From positions 128,261 to 192,260 of the IMG/VR virus record IMGVR_UViG_3300017963_000003: a stretch of DNA of 64,000 nt. The stretch is one strand, 5' to 3'. The notes beneath the pieces are model-generated. The model was not told the origin of the DNA, searched no databases, and worked only from the letters and a program-made list of their open reading frames with translations. Source of the DNA: a virus. How positions within the stretch are numbered: position 1 is the first letter of the stretch; the number at the start of each line of letters is the position of its first letter. Positions 10,257-19,494 of the stretch are shown here, piece after piece. The translations under genes and the position numbers were made by a program.

Positions 10257-10622
10257 ACAACTCCCCCGACAATCAAGACGTCCACGCCACCCGCGCACCC
10301 GTAGAGACCTAAGCAGGCCAGGGGACACCAACCGACCCACGCGCCCCGGCTGCTCGCCCCTGATAGCCCTGAGAGGCCCCAGAACGGCCGAGAGTGGCCG
10401 AGAGGGGATTGGCCTATACCCTGGCCTACCCTGAAGCCCGACCCCGGTTAAATCGCCGCCTAGCGGCTCTCAGAGGCATTCGGCAAAAGCCCTGCAATTC
10501 CGAGCACTTGCAGAAAATTGCCGGGGGTGTCAAAAAATGCTTGACAGCCGGGCCGCCGCCCTGCTATACTATCAGAGACTAGTCGGGAACTGCCCGGCGC
10601 AACCCACGGAGGGCAACGAGTT

Positions 10623-10892
10623 ATGGAAAAGATGAATTACGAAATGATAGAAAGCCTCGCACGGGAGATGTCCAGGGGCAATTTCCAATCCGACGAATGG
10701 TTGCTAGAAAAGCGCTTGCAGGAGTACTACAAGGACGAAACAGACGTCACCTGGGATGAGATCTCCGAGAGCGAGTCGCCCGTGCGGGTAGTGGTACACG
10801 GAGACGGCACGTGCTCCGCCGCCTACCTCGACCACGACGACCCCAACGGGATCGAGATCGTGCCGTTGGGTATCCTCGATTCCGACGCCTAG
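10623..10892 (+). CDS. Small acidic hypothetical protein
   Basis: ATG after the repeat; TAG abuts the next repeat. Confidence 0.75.
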   Translation: MEKMNYEMIESLAREMSRGNFQSDEWLLEKRLQEYYKDETDVTWDEISESESPVRVVVHGDGTCSAAYLDHDDPNGIEIVPLGILDSDA

Positions 10893-11228
10893 ACAACTCC
10901 CCCGACAATCAAGACGTCCACGCCACCCTCACGCCACCCGCGCACGTAGGATCTCAACCCCACCAGGCTGCACGCGTACCCGCCCCCGGACAAGTCACCT
11001 TACCTTATACCGGCGCAGCCCGCGCCGCCCGGCTCGACCCCTCGGCCGCCCTGGGCTGGGGGTGAGCCTGGTAGATAGCCCTGAGAGTCACCAGGACGCC
11101 CGTCAGCAGCCGTTGAGGCTCGACCCTATAGCCGAGCCTACCCGGACACTCGCGCCGGTTCTCCGGCCATCCTGAGGCCTCTCGCAGGGTCCGACCGCCC
11201 ATCCTGGACTCGACGTTCGTCTATATAG

Positions 11229-11269
11229 AAAAAGTGACCCCCGGCGCGACCGAGAACACGCCGGGGGTC
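11229..11269 (-). terminator. Rho-independent terminator ending the minus-strand array
   Basis: 11-bp stem GACCCCCGGCG/CGCCGGGGGTC followed by ACTTTTTCT on the minus strand. Confidence 0.75.
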
Positions 11270-11347
11270 GGGTGCGGGGTGACTAATCCCGCATGGAGGC
11301 AACACACGCGCAAGGAGTCAACGCGTGGAGACGTTTACGGTACGCCT

Positions 11348-11812
11348 CTAACCGGATTTCCCAGAGTCGATACCAGTCGTGTACAGGGACAGCCCGCGCT
11401 CGAATCGCTGCGCGCGTTTGTCCCTCCACCGCTCGACCTTTTCGTCCTCGTCGAGATCATCAAGGACGTGGATCTCAGAGTACGCCAACTTGATCGCATG
11501 GATCTTGTCACGTATCGACGTGATCTGAGGAGACAGCTCGCGCCGGGGATCGAGAGGGAACGACGTCTCCAGCTCGGCCCATTGACCGGGCATGATCTCG
11601 ACGAAGAATCGGGTCTCGACTAAGAACTGCCGCTTCTCGGGATCGGATTCGTCTCCGTGGTATCGCAGCTTACGATACTCGTCGGGCAGATTCTCGCGCA
11701 ACACGTGACGGAGCAAGCTCTTCATCTGCGCGAACGGATGATCGTACGTCGAGGGAAACTCGACCTCGGCCGCCAGATCCTCTACACGCGTGATTGTCTT
11801 TTTCGCTCTCAT
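11348..11812 (-). CDS. Hypothetical protein
   Basis: ATG 11812 (MRAKKTIT) with GGAGG RBS. Confidence 0.7.
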   Translation of the reverse strand: MRAKKTITRVEDLAAEVEFPSTYDHPFAQMKSLLRHVLRENLPDEYRKLRYHGDESDPEKRQFLVETRFFVEIMPGQWAELETSFPLDPRRELSPQITSIRDKIHAIKLAYSEIHVLDDLDEDEKVERWRDKRAQRFERGLSLYTTGIDSGKSG

Positions 11813-12012
11813 CGTACGTGACCCTCCTCGTCCTCCCACCAGAGCAAGACACTGACGATCCGCTCCAGCATTGTATCTGTGATCTCTCGCTCCTGGATCG
11901 CGCTCCACGTGCGTTCCACGAGAGGCATCATGACCTCGGGCAGCGGGTGGCGATCCTCTATCACCATCTGGATCATCTGCTCCAACTGCTCCCGACACAA
12001 CGGGGTACCCAT
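11809..12012 (-). CDS. Small hypothetical protein
   Basis: ORF track; coupled on both sides. Confidence 0.6.
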   Translation of the reverse strand: MGTPLCREQLEQMIQMVIEDRHPLPEVMMPLVERTWSAIQEREITDTMLERIVSVLLWWEDEEGHVR

Positions 12013-12353
12013 TACGCGCGCCCTCCGACGAGCATACGAGCGATACGCAGCTCGCGCTCGCCCGCCTCGACCTCCAAACCGAACTCATCCGCGACGGTCA
12101 ATGCGTCCTCGACGTACATCCCGATACGAAATTCCTTGCCTTCGAGGTCGAGAACGGGAACCGACGCATGGTCGCTGATCTTGACGGCTCGTGTGTGATC
12201 GATCCAGAGAACGTCGTCCTCGGTCGTGTGAGGGTATTTACCCGACCGGTCAGCAACAGCGATCCGGGACTCGTGCGCGCCCGTGGTGGCAACGAAGAAC
12301 CGATGACCATTTTTGAAGTCGAGCACCTTCTTCCACGCGTATTCTCCACTCAT
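12012..12353 (-). CDS. Hypothetical protein
   Basis: ORF track; AGGAG RBS. Confidence 0.7.
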   Translation of the reverse strand: MSGEYAWKKVLDFKNGHRFFVATTGAHESRIAVADRSGKYPHTTEDDVLWIDHTRAVKISDHASVPVLDLEGKEFRIGMYVEDALTVADEFGLEVEAGERELRIARMLVGGRA

Positions 12354-12362
12354 CGTCCCCTC

Positions 12363-14795
12363 CTATCGTTCCCGAATGTAATCGCAGTACTCCGAGTACT
12401 CCAACCGGTCCGTGTGGTCCACGTCGTCGTCCGGGTCGAGCAGACGCTCGAAGAACTCGACGATGTTGACCGATCCCTCGACCTCGATACCCTGGTTGAT
12501 TGCGTCGAGGATCTGCTCCTTTTCCTTGATCAAACCGATCAGATCCGAATCGAACGTCCCCTCGGCGTACAGCCAGTAGGAGTTGACAGAATCGGCGTCC
12601 GTACCAAGTCGGTGACACCGCGATTCAGCCTGATACAACGTAGCGGAATTCCACGGAAATTCGACGAACGCCACGTTGCTCGCCGCCTGCTGCAATCCGT
12701 CGAGTCCGGTACCGGCAGCCTGAATCGACGCCACCATAACGCGGCACGAGGGATCGTCCTGGAACCGCTTGACCTCCGCTGCGCGGGTGGAGTCGGAATC
12801 TCCCCCTCGGATCTTGGCCGGGCATGCACACGCCAACGCGGCATGCAGACGATCCTGCACGTCCCGATGGTGGGCGAACACGACGATCTTCTCGTCGGAC
12901 CCTTCCAGGAACGACTTGATCCACTCGATGCACGATTGGATCTTGTGGGCCACGACGATCTGCTTCAGCCCCTCGATCCGTACCAGAGCCTCGGCCGTGT
13001 ATTCGGAACGCGATGTACTCGCGTCTCCGCGCTTCGCCGCCATCCACCCGATCAGATCCTCCAGGCCGCGACGATACACCTCGATACGATCCAGCTCGAC
13101 CGGGATCTCGGTACGCTGAAGGGCGGGGAGTTCTTTCGCCACGTCTTTTTTCTCGCGCCTGACCATGCACTTGGATCGCAGGTGCGCCGCGAGATTGTCC
13201 AGGTTGCTCGCCCCTTTCATATCCCAATACCCGTTGATCTTCTTGGCATCGCAGTACGTCTTGACGAAACCCCAGAATCCACCGAGATCGTCCAGGCGAT
13301 CCAGGAACGACAGCTGGTTGACCAACTCGACCGGACGATTGAGGATCGGGGTAGCAGTCAGCGCGAGCTTGTACACGACCGACGGCAGCCTCCCCAGCTC
13401 GATAACAGCCTTCGACCGTTGGGCCTTACGGCTCTTGATATAGTGCGACTCGTCGAGGATGATGGTCTGGAACGGGATCGTGAGGAGCTTGTCCAGGTGC
13501 TTCGTGAGCACATCGTAATTGATCACGAGGTAGTCAGCGCGATACGCATCGTCACCCGAGATCTTACCCCCGTTGAGAATCCTCACGGATCGCGACGGGA
13601 GCCAGCGGCGCACTTCGTTCGCGAAGTGATGCTTCGTCGCCTTCGGACAGATGATCAACGCGGGGAACGCGTCCGCCACGTGCGGGACCAGGATCGACTG
13701 AGGGGTTTTCCCGAGTCCGGTATCATCCCCGAGGATCGCCCGCTTGGCGTCGAGGCAGTAGGCGATCCCGGCAGCCTGGAACGGGTAGGGAGCCAATCCC
13801 TCGGCCACCCCCTGCACGTCCAGATCCGCGCTCGCCGCGCTGCTAGCCGCGATCCGCGCCTTCGCCTCCTCGCCCTGGGCGTCCAGCCTGGCGCGGGTGG
13901 AGTCGGACATTGTCCAGCTGTACCGCTCGGCCAGGGCGAGCACCGCGTCGGACGCCATGGCGTCCAGCGGGCAGGTGTTGACCTTGCGCTGACCATCCCA
14001 ACGTCGTCCAGGGATCTGGCGCATCGCCTCGACCGCAGCAGGATCGTAGGGGGTGCGCAGGACGATCTTGCCCTTCTCGATCTGGACGTTGTCGGGGGCC
14101 TCGGCCTGGGCCTTGCGCGAAGCTCGGTCGGCGCGCTCGATCCCCTCGTCGACCTTGGCCCGGTCGGCGTCACGGATCGCGAACTCGAACCGGTCCAGGA
14201 TCGCGGGGACCTCGGCCAGGCCCGCACCGACGACCTCCCACCGGCAACGTCCACCGTTCCACTTACGGACCTTCCAATCGATAGCCTTGATCGCATCGAT
14301 CAGGTCAGAATCGCGCGGGGAGTAGAAGGCGATCCCCTCCAGGATCTTCCCTCGGATCTCGATGGTCCCGGTCCACTCGGCCCAATAGAGCCGCTTGCCG
14401 TAGTGCTCGCGGAGATCCTCACGGGTAGCCTCGCCGCGCCCGTAGCGCTCGCGCAGCTGCTCACCTTCGATCCGCCCGGCCTTGGTCTTGAGGGACTTGC
14501 GCCGCTTGGCCGGGGTAGCGTCCCCGCCCCACTCACGCGGCGGCACGGTCAGCTCGGAGTACGTGATCCCGAACCCGCTGAGCTGCTTGGAGTACTTCTT
14601 GAGCATGCGATGGACTTCGAAACAGGTCTCGCGATCCCACGAGGACTCGTCGACCAGGGCAATCGAGCGACCGAACGACGTATCGCTGGAATTGAACCCC
14701 ATCCGGTCGTCTTCTCGCGCACCGTCGCAGACGACAGCGAGACTCATGGCGGCCTGGCGAAGCTCCGTGGCGATGCTGAGAAGATCGTTGTCCAT
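12363..14795 (-). CDS. SNF2-family helicase, SMARCAL1/HARP-like
   Basis: GDDTGLGKT (motif I), DESHYIK (II), LTATPILNRP (III), QAESRCHRLG (VI); two HARP-like N-terminal repeats (FYSPRDSDLIDAIK..., RTPYDPAAVEAMRQIPGRRWD). Confidence 0.9.
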   Translation of the reverse strand: MDNDLLSIATELRQAAMSLAVVCDGAREDDRMGFNSSDTSFGRSIALVDESSWDRETCFEVHRMLKKYSKQLSGFGITYSELTVPPREWGGDATPAKRRKSLKTKAGRIEGEQLRERYGRGEATREDLREHYGKRLYWAEWTGTIEIRGKILEGIAFYSPRDSDLIDAIKAIDWKVRKWNGGRCRWEVVGAGLAEVPAILDRFEFAIRDADRAKVDEGIERADRASRKAQAEAPDNVQIEKGKIVLRTPYDPAAVEAMRQIPGRRWDGQRKVNTCPLDAMASDAVLALAERYSWTMSDSTRARLDAQGEEAKARIAASSAASADLDVQGVAEGLAPYPFQAAGIAYCLDAKRAILGDDTGLGKTPQSILVPHVADAFPALIICPKATKHHFANEVRRWLPSRSVRILNGGKISGDDAYRADYLVINYDVLTKHLDKLLTIPFQTIILDESHYIKSRKAQRSKAVIELGRLPSVVYKLALTATPILNRPVELVNQLSFLDRLDDLGGFWGFVKTYCDAKKINGYWDMKGASNLDNLAAHLRSKCMVRREKKDVAKELPALQRTEIPVELDRIEVYRRGLEDLIGWMAAKRGDASTSRSEYTAEALVRIEGLKQIVVAHKIQSCIEWIKSFLEGSDEKIVVFAHHRDVQDRLHAALACACPAKIRGGDSDSTRAAEVKRFQDDPSCRVMVASIQAAGTGLDGLQQAASNVAFVEFPWNSATLYQAESRCHRLGTDADSVNSYWLYAEGTFDSDLIGLIKEKEQILDAINQGIEVEGSVNIVEFFERLLDPDDDVDHTDRLEYSEYCDYIRER

Positions 14796-14886
14796 GTTGC
14801 CCTCCGGGTTGCGCGAGTCGGTCAGAACCCGCTAGCCTATGCTGCCAATATAGCATAGGCTCACCCCGCTGTCAAGCCCTTTCTCC

Positions 14887-15888
14887 CTACTCGATACCCG
14901 TCGTGAGCCGACCGACCTCATTCCCGTATCCGTACCTGGACGGCACGTGTACACGGATCTCCACCCCGTCGACCGTGAACAACTCGCGATCCAGGATCTC
15001 GCGCACCTCACGGATCAGATCCGCTTCGTTGTCGTCCTCATAGGGATTCCACGCCAACGGCACCTCGACCGTCGGCCGGTTCCAGTTTTCGTTCCCTCTC
15101 CGATCCTTGTCCGGTTCCGGGCACCAGACGATGTGCGCCATACGCACGTCGTCCTCGTCCCCCACGCCGCGCCGAACACGCACGTCCACGTGCACGGGAG
15201 GATGGAGGCGCTCCGACTGGTTGAACACGTCGATGGCCCGCTGGATACGGTCACGTGTCTCGGAGATTGACGACAGCAACCTCTGCACCGACTCCACGAC
15301 GTAGGTGCGCGGGCTGTCAGTACCGTCGTCCTCGTGACCACCCGCCTCGACAATCAGGTCAGCGGGGATCTCCCGGAGTGTCTGCTCGGACAACGCATCG
15401 ACCTCCGCTGTGAACTCGCGCAGCATCTCGGGAGTGATCTCCGCTAGCGGGGTCTCTCTGATCGTCCGATGGAAACGACCCCTCAACTTCGTCGCCGGGG
15501 TAGCTCTACTGAACCGGAACGAGCCTTCCTGAGCGGCACCCACGATCCACGTGAGCCACTTGCGGAGCGTAAACGATCCGTCATACGCGGGACGACCGGG
15601 ACGGTCGAGATCGTACTCGCGCTCCTGGCGCTCGTGAGACTCCTTGAACGCGCGGGCGCAACCCGGACAGCGACCCTCCCCAGTGCGGTCCTCGCGGATC
15701 TTCACCTCGCGACCCTCCAGGAGAGAGATCCCGTCGAGCTTCTTTTCGATGAACCGCTGAGCCGCCGCCTTCGAGTCGTGCTTGCATTGCGCGAGCGCCC
15801 GGTGACGGATCTTGTCGGAGACCTCTCCGATCTCGCAAAGGGGAGTACCGTCGACTTCGATGAGACACTTGATACGCTTGGAACCCAT
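14887..15888 (-). CDS. Hypothetical protein (333 aa)
   Basis: ATG after the repeat. Confidence 0.8.
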   Translation of the reverse strand: MGSKRIKCLIEVDGTPLCEIGEVSDKIRHRALAQCKHDSKAAAQRFIEKKLDGISLLEGREVKIREDRTGEGRCPGCARAFKESHERQEREYDLDRPGRPAYDGSFTLRKWLTWIVGAAQEGSFRFSRATPATKLRGRFHRTIRETPLAEITPEMLREFTAEVDALSEQTLREIPADLIVEAGGHEDDGTDSPRTYVVESVQRLLSSISETRDRIQRAIDVFNQSERLHPPVHVDVRVRRGVGDEDDVRMAHIVWCPEPDKDRRGNENWNRPTVEVPLAWNPYEDDNEADLIREVREILDRELFTVDGVEIRVHVPSRYGYGNEVGRLTTGIE

Positions 15889-15984
15889 GTTGCCCTCCGT
15901 GTCGCCGGCCAGCGGTCATCACCAGCCTGATAAACCCAGCTTACCACCCTTTGCAGCCGGTGTCAAGCAAAAAATGACACCCGG

Positions 15985-16353
15985 CTAACTATTCCCGGTC
16001 GAGGCGACCCAGCTCCTTCGCTCGCGGTCCCTCGTTACGTCATACACGGCATCGTACACGTCCTCGATCATCGCCTGTAACGCGAGCTGGCACACGATAC
16101 CAGGGGTCCCCGCAGACGTATCGAGATCCATGCTGCCAATATCCATCGAATAGAGATTGTTACTCGCGCCCAGGATCGTCAACGAGAAGCGATAGTTCAG
16201 CTGACGATCCGACGAGAACGGGGTCGAATGGATCGCATCCTCGACGATCCCCAAGCCCTCGCCCTCGAAGTCCGCATCGAACCCCGCTGCGATCAGTCCC
16301 TTAGCCAGATCCGTGACCACCTCGAAATACTCCTCGGAACCCATCGGTGTCAT
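15985..16353 (-). CDS. Hypothetical protein
   Basis: ATG 16353 with GGAGG RBS. Confidence 0.65.
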   Translation of the reverse strand: MTPMGSEEYFEVVTDLAKGLIAAGFDADFEGEGLGIVEDAIHSTPFSSDRQLNYRFSLTILGASNNLYSMDIGSMDLDTSAGTPGIVCQLALQAMIEDVYDAVYDVTRDRERRSWVASTGNS

Positions 16354-16384
16354 CTCAGCCTCCCTGGTAGCGATCCCTCTATGT

Positions 16385-16639
16385 CTAACGACGCCAGTGG
16401 TCGAAACGAGATTTCGCGCGCTCGACCACATAGGTCGTCGGTGTCCAGCTCCGTGCGCAATCGTCGCACACCAGGCGACCCGTGCCGAGCGCGGTAGGAG
16501 ATCCCTCGTTGGTCTCGACGAGATCCCCGCGCTCCACGCAGCCGCGCTCTACACGATCCACCTCGAAGGTCCGCACGACCCTCTCCACGTAGAGCAGTCG
16601 GCCCCCGCAGTCCAGGCACACCGGGCGTGAGCTAGGCAT
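16385..16639 (-). CDS. Small Zn-ribbon protein
   Basis: CLDCGG...CDDC; GGAAGG RBS. Confidence 0.65.
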   Translation of the reverse strand: MPSSRPVCLDCGGRLLYVERVVRTFEVDRVERGCVERGDLVETNEGSPTALGTGRLVCDDCARSWTPTTYVVERAKSRFDHWRR

Positions 16640-17228
16640 CGTCCCCTTCCTCCTCGTCGTCGGCGTTCCGGTCGTCATCTTCCTGGCACCAGCGGCAGAT
16701 CCGGTTCCCATCGGCATCCGTGAAAGACAGCTTCTCGCCGCCCTCCTCGGCCGGATCGATGATCCCGTCGCACCGCTCGCATCGGTCGCAGAAACAATCC
16801 TCACAGAGAACGGTCGTGAACACGATCCCGATCCCGCCGTCGCCATGGTAGGCGTTCTCGTCGTGGAGAGCGCCAGACGACAGAGATCCCTCGCGGGGAT
16901 AGGTGCGCTCCCCGCAGTACGAGCACTCGTAAAACATCTTGTTACGACCGAGAATCTTGTTCACCCTCGCGCACACACGCCCGACGTTGGTCGGGTTGTT
17001 CTCACGGGCGAACTCCAGGATCGAAGCGTTGTCGCGCAGATCGTACACGTAGACCCCGCGCTCGTCATCGGCGCTCGCGGCGACCCGACGGGCTTCGTCG
17101 GGATCGGTGATCCCCTTGTAGCCCGACGATGCGACGTCTGCGAACTCCCCGTTGTCCCCCAGGAGAAAAAAATTCCACTCCCAGATACAACCATCGTACC
17201 CGCCACCCTTGTACTGTACCAGTTTCAT
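16632..17228 (-). CDS. Cys-rich hypothetical protein
   Basis: ATG after the repeat; several CxxC motifs. Confidence 0.75.
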   Translation of the reverse strand: MKLVQYKGGGYDGCIWEWNFFLLGDNGEFADVASSGYKGITDPDEARRVAASADDERGVYVYDLRDNASILEFARENNPTNVGRVCARVNKILGRNKMFYECSYCGERTYPREGSLSSGALHDENAYHGDGGIGIVFTTVLCEDCFCDRCERCDGIIDPAEEGGEKLSFTDADGNRICRWCQEDDDRNADDEEEGDDA

Positions 17229-17323
17229 CGCGTTGCCCTCCGTGTTGTCGCCAGCGAGTCACCGCCAGCCTGATAAGCCCAATCTATCATACCCGGAGCC
17301 GGGTGTCAAGCAAAAAATGACAC

Positions 17324-17527
17324 CTATCTCGACCTGACCTCGGCATGGCGGAACTCGTACCCCCTCAGCAGACCCTCTTGGTACGCCAACTCAAGATCGT
17401 CGTCGTCCGAGTAACGATAGTACACGCACGGACCATCACCACCAAGCCAACGAGCATACGAGAGATTGGACCGGACCTGCATAGCCGCATAGAGCAGCTG
17501 ACACTCCTCGCAGCCGCAGAGGATCAT
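17324..17527 (-). CDS. Small hypothetical protein
   Basis: MILCGCEEC...; TAG fused to the next repeat. Confidence 0.6.
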   Translation of the reverse strand: MILCGCEECQLLYAAMQVRSNLSYARWLGGDGPCVYYRYSDDDDLELAYQEGLLRGYEFRHAEVRSR

Positions 17528-17784
17528 CACGCGCCTCCGGGTCCGTCGGATTCGACCGCCAGAGACACCTCGACCACACCCCCGGAGAACAGAACGTGCA
17601 GCTCCGCGAACTTGTTGATCGCAGCAGCACGTTCGTCGCACACGATCTCCACGACCGCCGACTCGGAATCCCCGTAGACGACGATCTGGATCTGCGCCAC
17701 CCGCGATCCGTCGCTGAGCGTTCCCTCCACGAGACGAAGTTCGATCTCCGGTTGCGGTCGGGATCGCTCGATGCACTTGGACAT
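17527..17784 (-). CDS. Small hypothetical protein
   Basis: ORF track; GGAAAGG RBS. Confidence 0.65.
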   Translation of the reverse strand: MSKCIERSRPQPEIELRLVEGTLSDGSRVAQIQIVVYGDSESAVVEIVCDERAAAINKFAELHVLFSGGVVEVSLAVESDGPGGA

Positions 17785-17812
17785 GTTGGGTCACCTTTCT
17801 CCTCTAGCGCCC

Positions 17813-18046
17813 CTAGTTGTCGGACAGCCCAGCCTCGTCGAGCATGTCCGAGACGAGGTAACGCACCGCATGGATCTCGATCTCGGTCGGCAGCTGTCCC
17901 GCGACGACGTCGAGTGCCATCGCCTTGATCGCATGGACGCGTTGAGGGCGGCTCATATAGCGCCAGGTTGACCGACCCCCGACAGCAGCGATGGTCCCCT
18001 TAACGAATCCCCGGACCTGCTCTCTGTCCCAGTTGCGATTGTCCAT
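17813..18046 (-). CDS. Small hypothetical protein
   Basis: ATG after the repeat. Confidence 0.7.
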   Translation of the reverse strand: MDNRNWDREQVRGFVKGTIAAVGGRSTWRYMSRPQRVHAIKAMALDVVAGQLPTEIEIHAVRYLVSDMLDEAGLSDN

Positions 18047-18148
18047 GCCGCCCTCCGTGTCGCCAGCCAGCGGTCATCGCCTGCCTGATAACCCTAAGCT
18101 ACCACATCCGGAGCCGGAAGTCAAGCAAAAAATGACACCCCGTCGCTG

Positions 18149-18547
18149 CTAATCCCCCTCGACCTCGTTCAGCAGCTCCGTGTAGGCTGCGCCGCCGAGC
18201 AGGAACGACAGCTCGCGCACCTGATCCACGCACTCGCGGAACGTGCGCTCGGCCCGGCGAGAATCGGTGTCGAATCCGATATTCTCCGCCCACTCCTCGA
18301 ACGAATCGACGTCCTCGACATACCTGCAATCGCTGGCCAGGCACTCCAGGACCCCGTCCACCGTCGGAGGACCCTTGATCCCGGTCCCCTGGGAGAACGG
18401 CACTTCCATGCGCTTGCCGCCCACCACGAGGGTACACAGGTAGTGGTTCGCCTGCCACCTCGGATCGGAATCCATGTTGGGGTTGGAGTCGGCGTCCTCT
18501 ACCGTCATCTCGATCTCGTGCTTCTCGACGAATTCTTCGAAGTTCAT
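18149..18547 (-). CDS. Conserved phage hypothetical protein
   Basis: FSQGTG...PTVDGVLECLASD...FEEWAENIGFDTDSRRAE motif. Confidence 0.8.
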   Translation of the reverse strand: MNFEEFVEKHEIEMTVEDADSNPNMDSDPRWQANHYLCTLVVGGKRMEVPFSQGTGIKGPPTVDGVLECLASDCRYVEDVDSFEEWAENIGFDTDSRRAERTFRECVDQVRELSFLLGGAAYTELLNEVEGD

Positions 18548-18624
18548 ACTGCCCTCCGTTTCCTCAGCCTCTCAAGCCCAACTATACCACAGGCTCACCA
18601 GCCTGTCAAGCAAAAAACTACACC

Positions 18625-19062
18625 CTAGCCGATCTCCCGGACCCACCGACCCCTGACCGTGGAACCGCAATGCTTGCACACGTGCTCCTCGTCGTCTTTC
18701 CAGACGTCCAAGAGCACCGCTCCCGCGTTGGGAGTGCCGAAATCAGACAGAGGAGCCTCCAGCGGATCGGCCCCGTACCCGTCATCACCCCTATCGTACA
18801 CGAGGATGCCTTCGTAATAGGGGATCTCGTCGGCGTCGAGCAGACGGAACCGGACACGGACGAGACGATCCTCGGGCAGCGCGGCGAACCGGGCCTTGAC
18901 GTCATCGTACTGACTCGGCCCGCAGATCCCCACGTTGTAACCCTTGGTGGGATCGTCGTCGGAGGTCGGAGTATTTCCCTCTTCGTTCTCGATGAAGTCG
19001 TGCGTGATCTCCCAGATGTGGTTGATCTCTTCCGGCGGGACGTCGCCTTTGCTCCAGTACAT
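18625..19062 (-). CDS. Hypothetical protein
   Basis: FRLLDADEIPYYEG...FGTPNAGA motif; GGAGG RBS. Confidence 0.7.
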   Translation of the reverse strand: MYWSKGDVPPEEINHIWEITHDFIENEEGNTPTSDDDPTKGYNVGICGPSQYDDVKARFAALPEDRLVRVRFRLLDADEIPYYEGILVYDRGDDGYGADPLEAPLSDFGTPNAGAVLLDVWKDDEEHVCKHCGSTVRGRWVREIG

Positions 19063-19063
19063 A

Positions 19064-19399
19064 CTACCCTCCGCACGTGGGGAGCGACGTCTCCACGGAG
19101 ATCGCCACCACCGCACTCGTGTCGAACTCATTGACGTGCACGAGCTGCCCGATCCTGGGGAACAACTCGATCTTCTCGTCGTCGGTGCAGACGACCGTCC
19201 GGTGAACGGTCTCCCCGTTGGCGAGCTTGACGGTGAGATCGTGGATGCGTGTGGTGCGCTCGAACCGGTGACCCGCGCAGCCGTCCTCCTCGATGGGGTT
19301 GCCGCACATGAGGCAGCAGGGGTCCACGGTGTCGTCCAGCAGCGGGCTACGGTACCCGCAGCGCCAGCAAAGAACCGAAACGATGGTGTTGAACGTCAT
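19064..19399 (-). CDS. Zn-finger hypothetical protein
   Basis: ATG after the repeat; CxxC pairs. Confidence 0.7.
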   Translation of the reverse strand: MTFNTIVSVLCWRCGYRSPLLDDTVDPCCLMCGNPIEEDGCAGHRFERTTRIHDLTVKLANGETVHRTVVCTDDEKIELFPRIGQLVHVNEFDTSAVVAISVETSLPTCGG

Positions 19400-19494
19400 T
19401 GCTGCCCTCCGTTGTCTGGACCAGCGGTCATCGCCTGCCTGATAACCCTAAGCTACCACATCCGGAGCCGGAAGTCAAGCAAAAAATGACACCC

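Larger units (their letters stand above)
2200..11220 (+). repeat. Family of 7 long (300-480 bp) intergenic repeats: ~2200-2545, 3246-3729, 5256-5728, 6647-7104, 8499-8925, 10257-10622, 10893-11220
   Basis: Shared blocks CCGACAATCAAGACGT, GGGACACCAACCGACCCACGCGCCCCGGCTGCTCGCC, TGATAGCCCTGAGAGG, GGCCTATAGCCTGGCCTACCCTGAGGCCCGACCCCGGTTAAATCGCCGC; ~3427-3592 is nearly identical to ~10318-10482. Confidence 0.92.

Noticed and set aside
12168-14858. 896-aa plus-strand ORF, and similar long ORFs at 24745-26628, 42596-44158 and 45032-46732
   Set aside because: Antisense shadows of clearly recognisable minus-strand genes in GC-rich DNA; no RBS or motifs.
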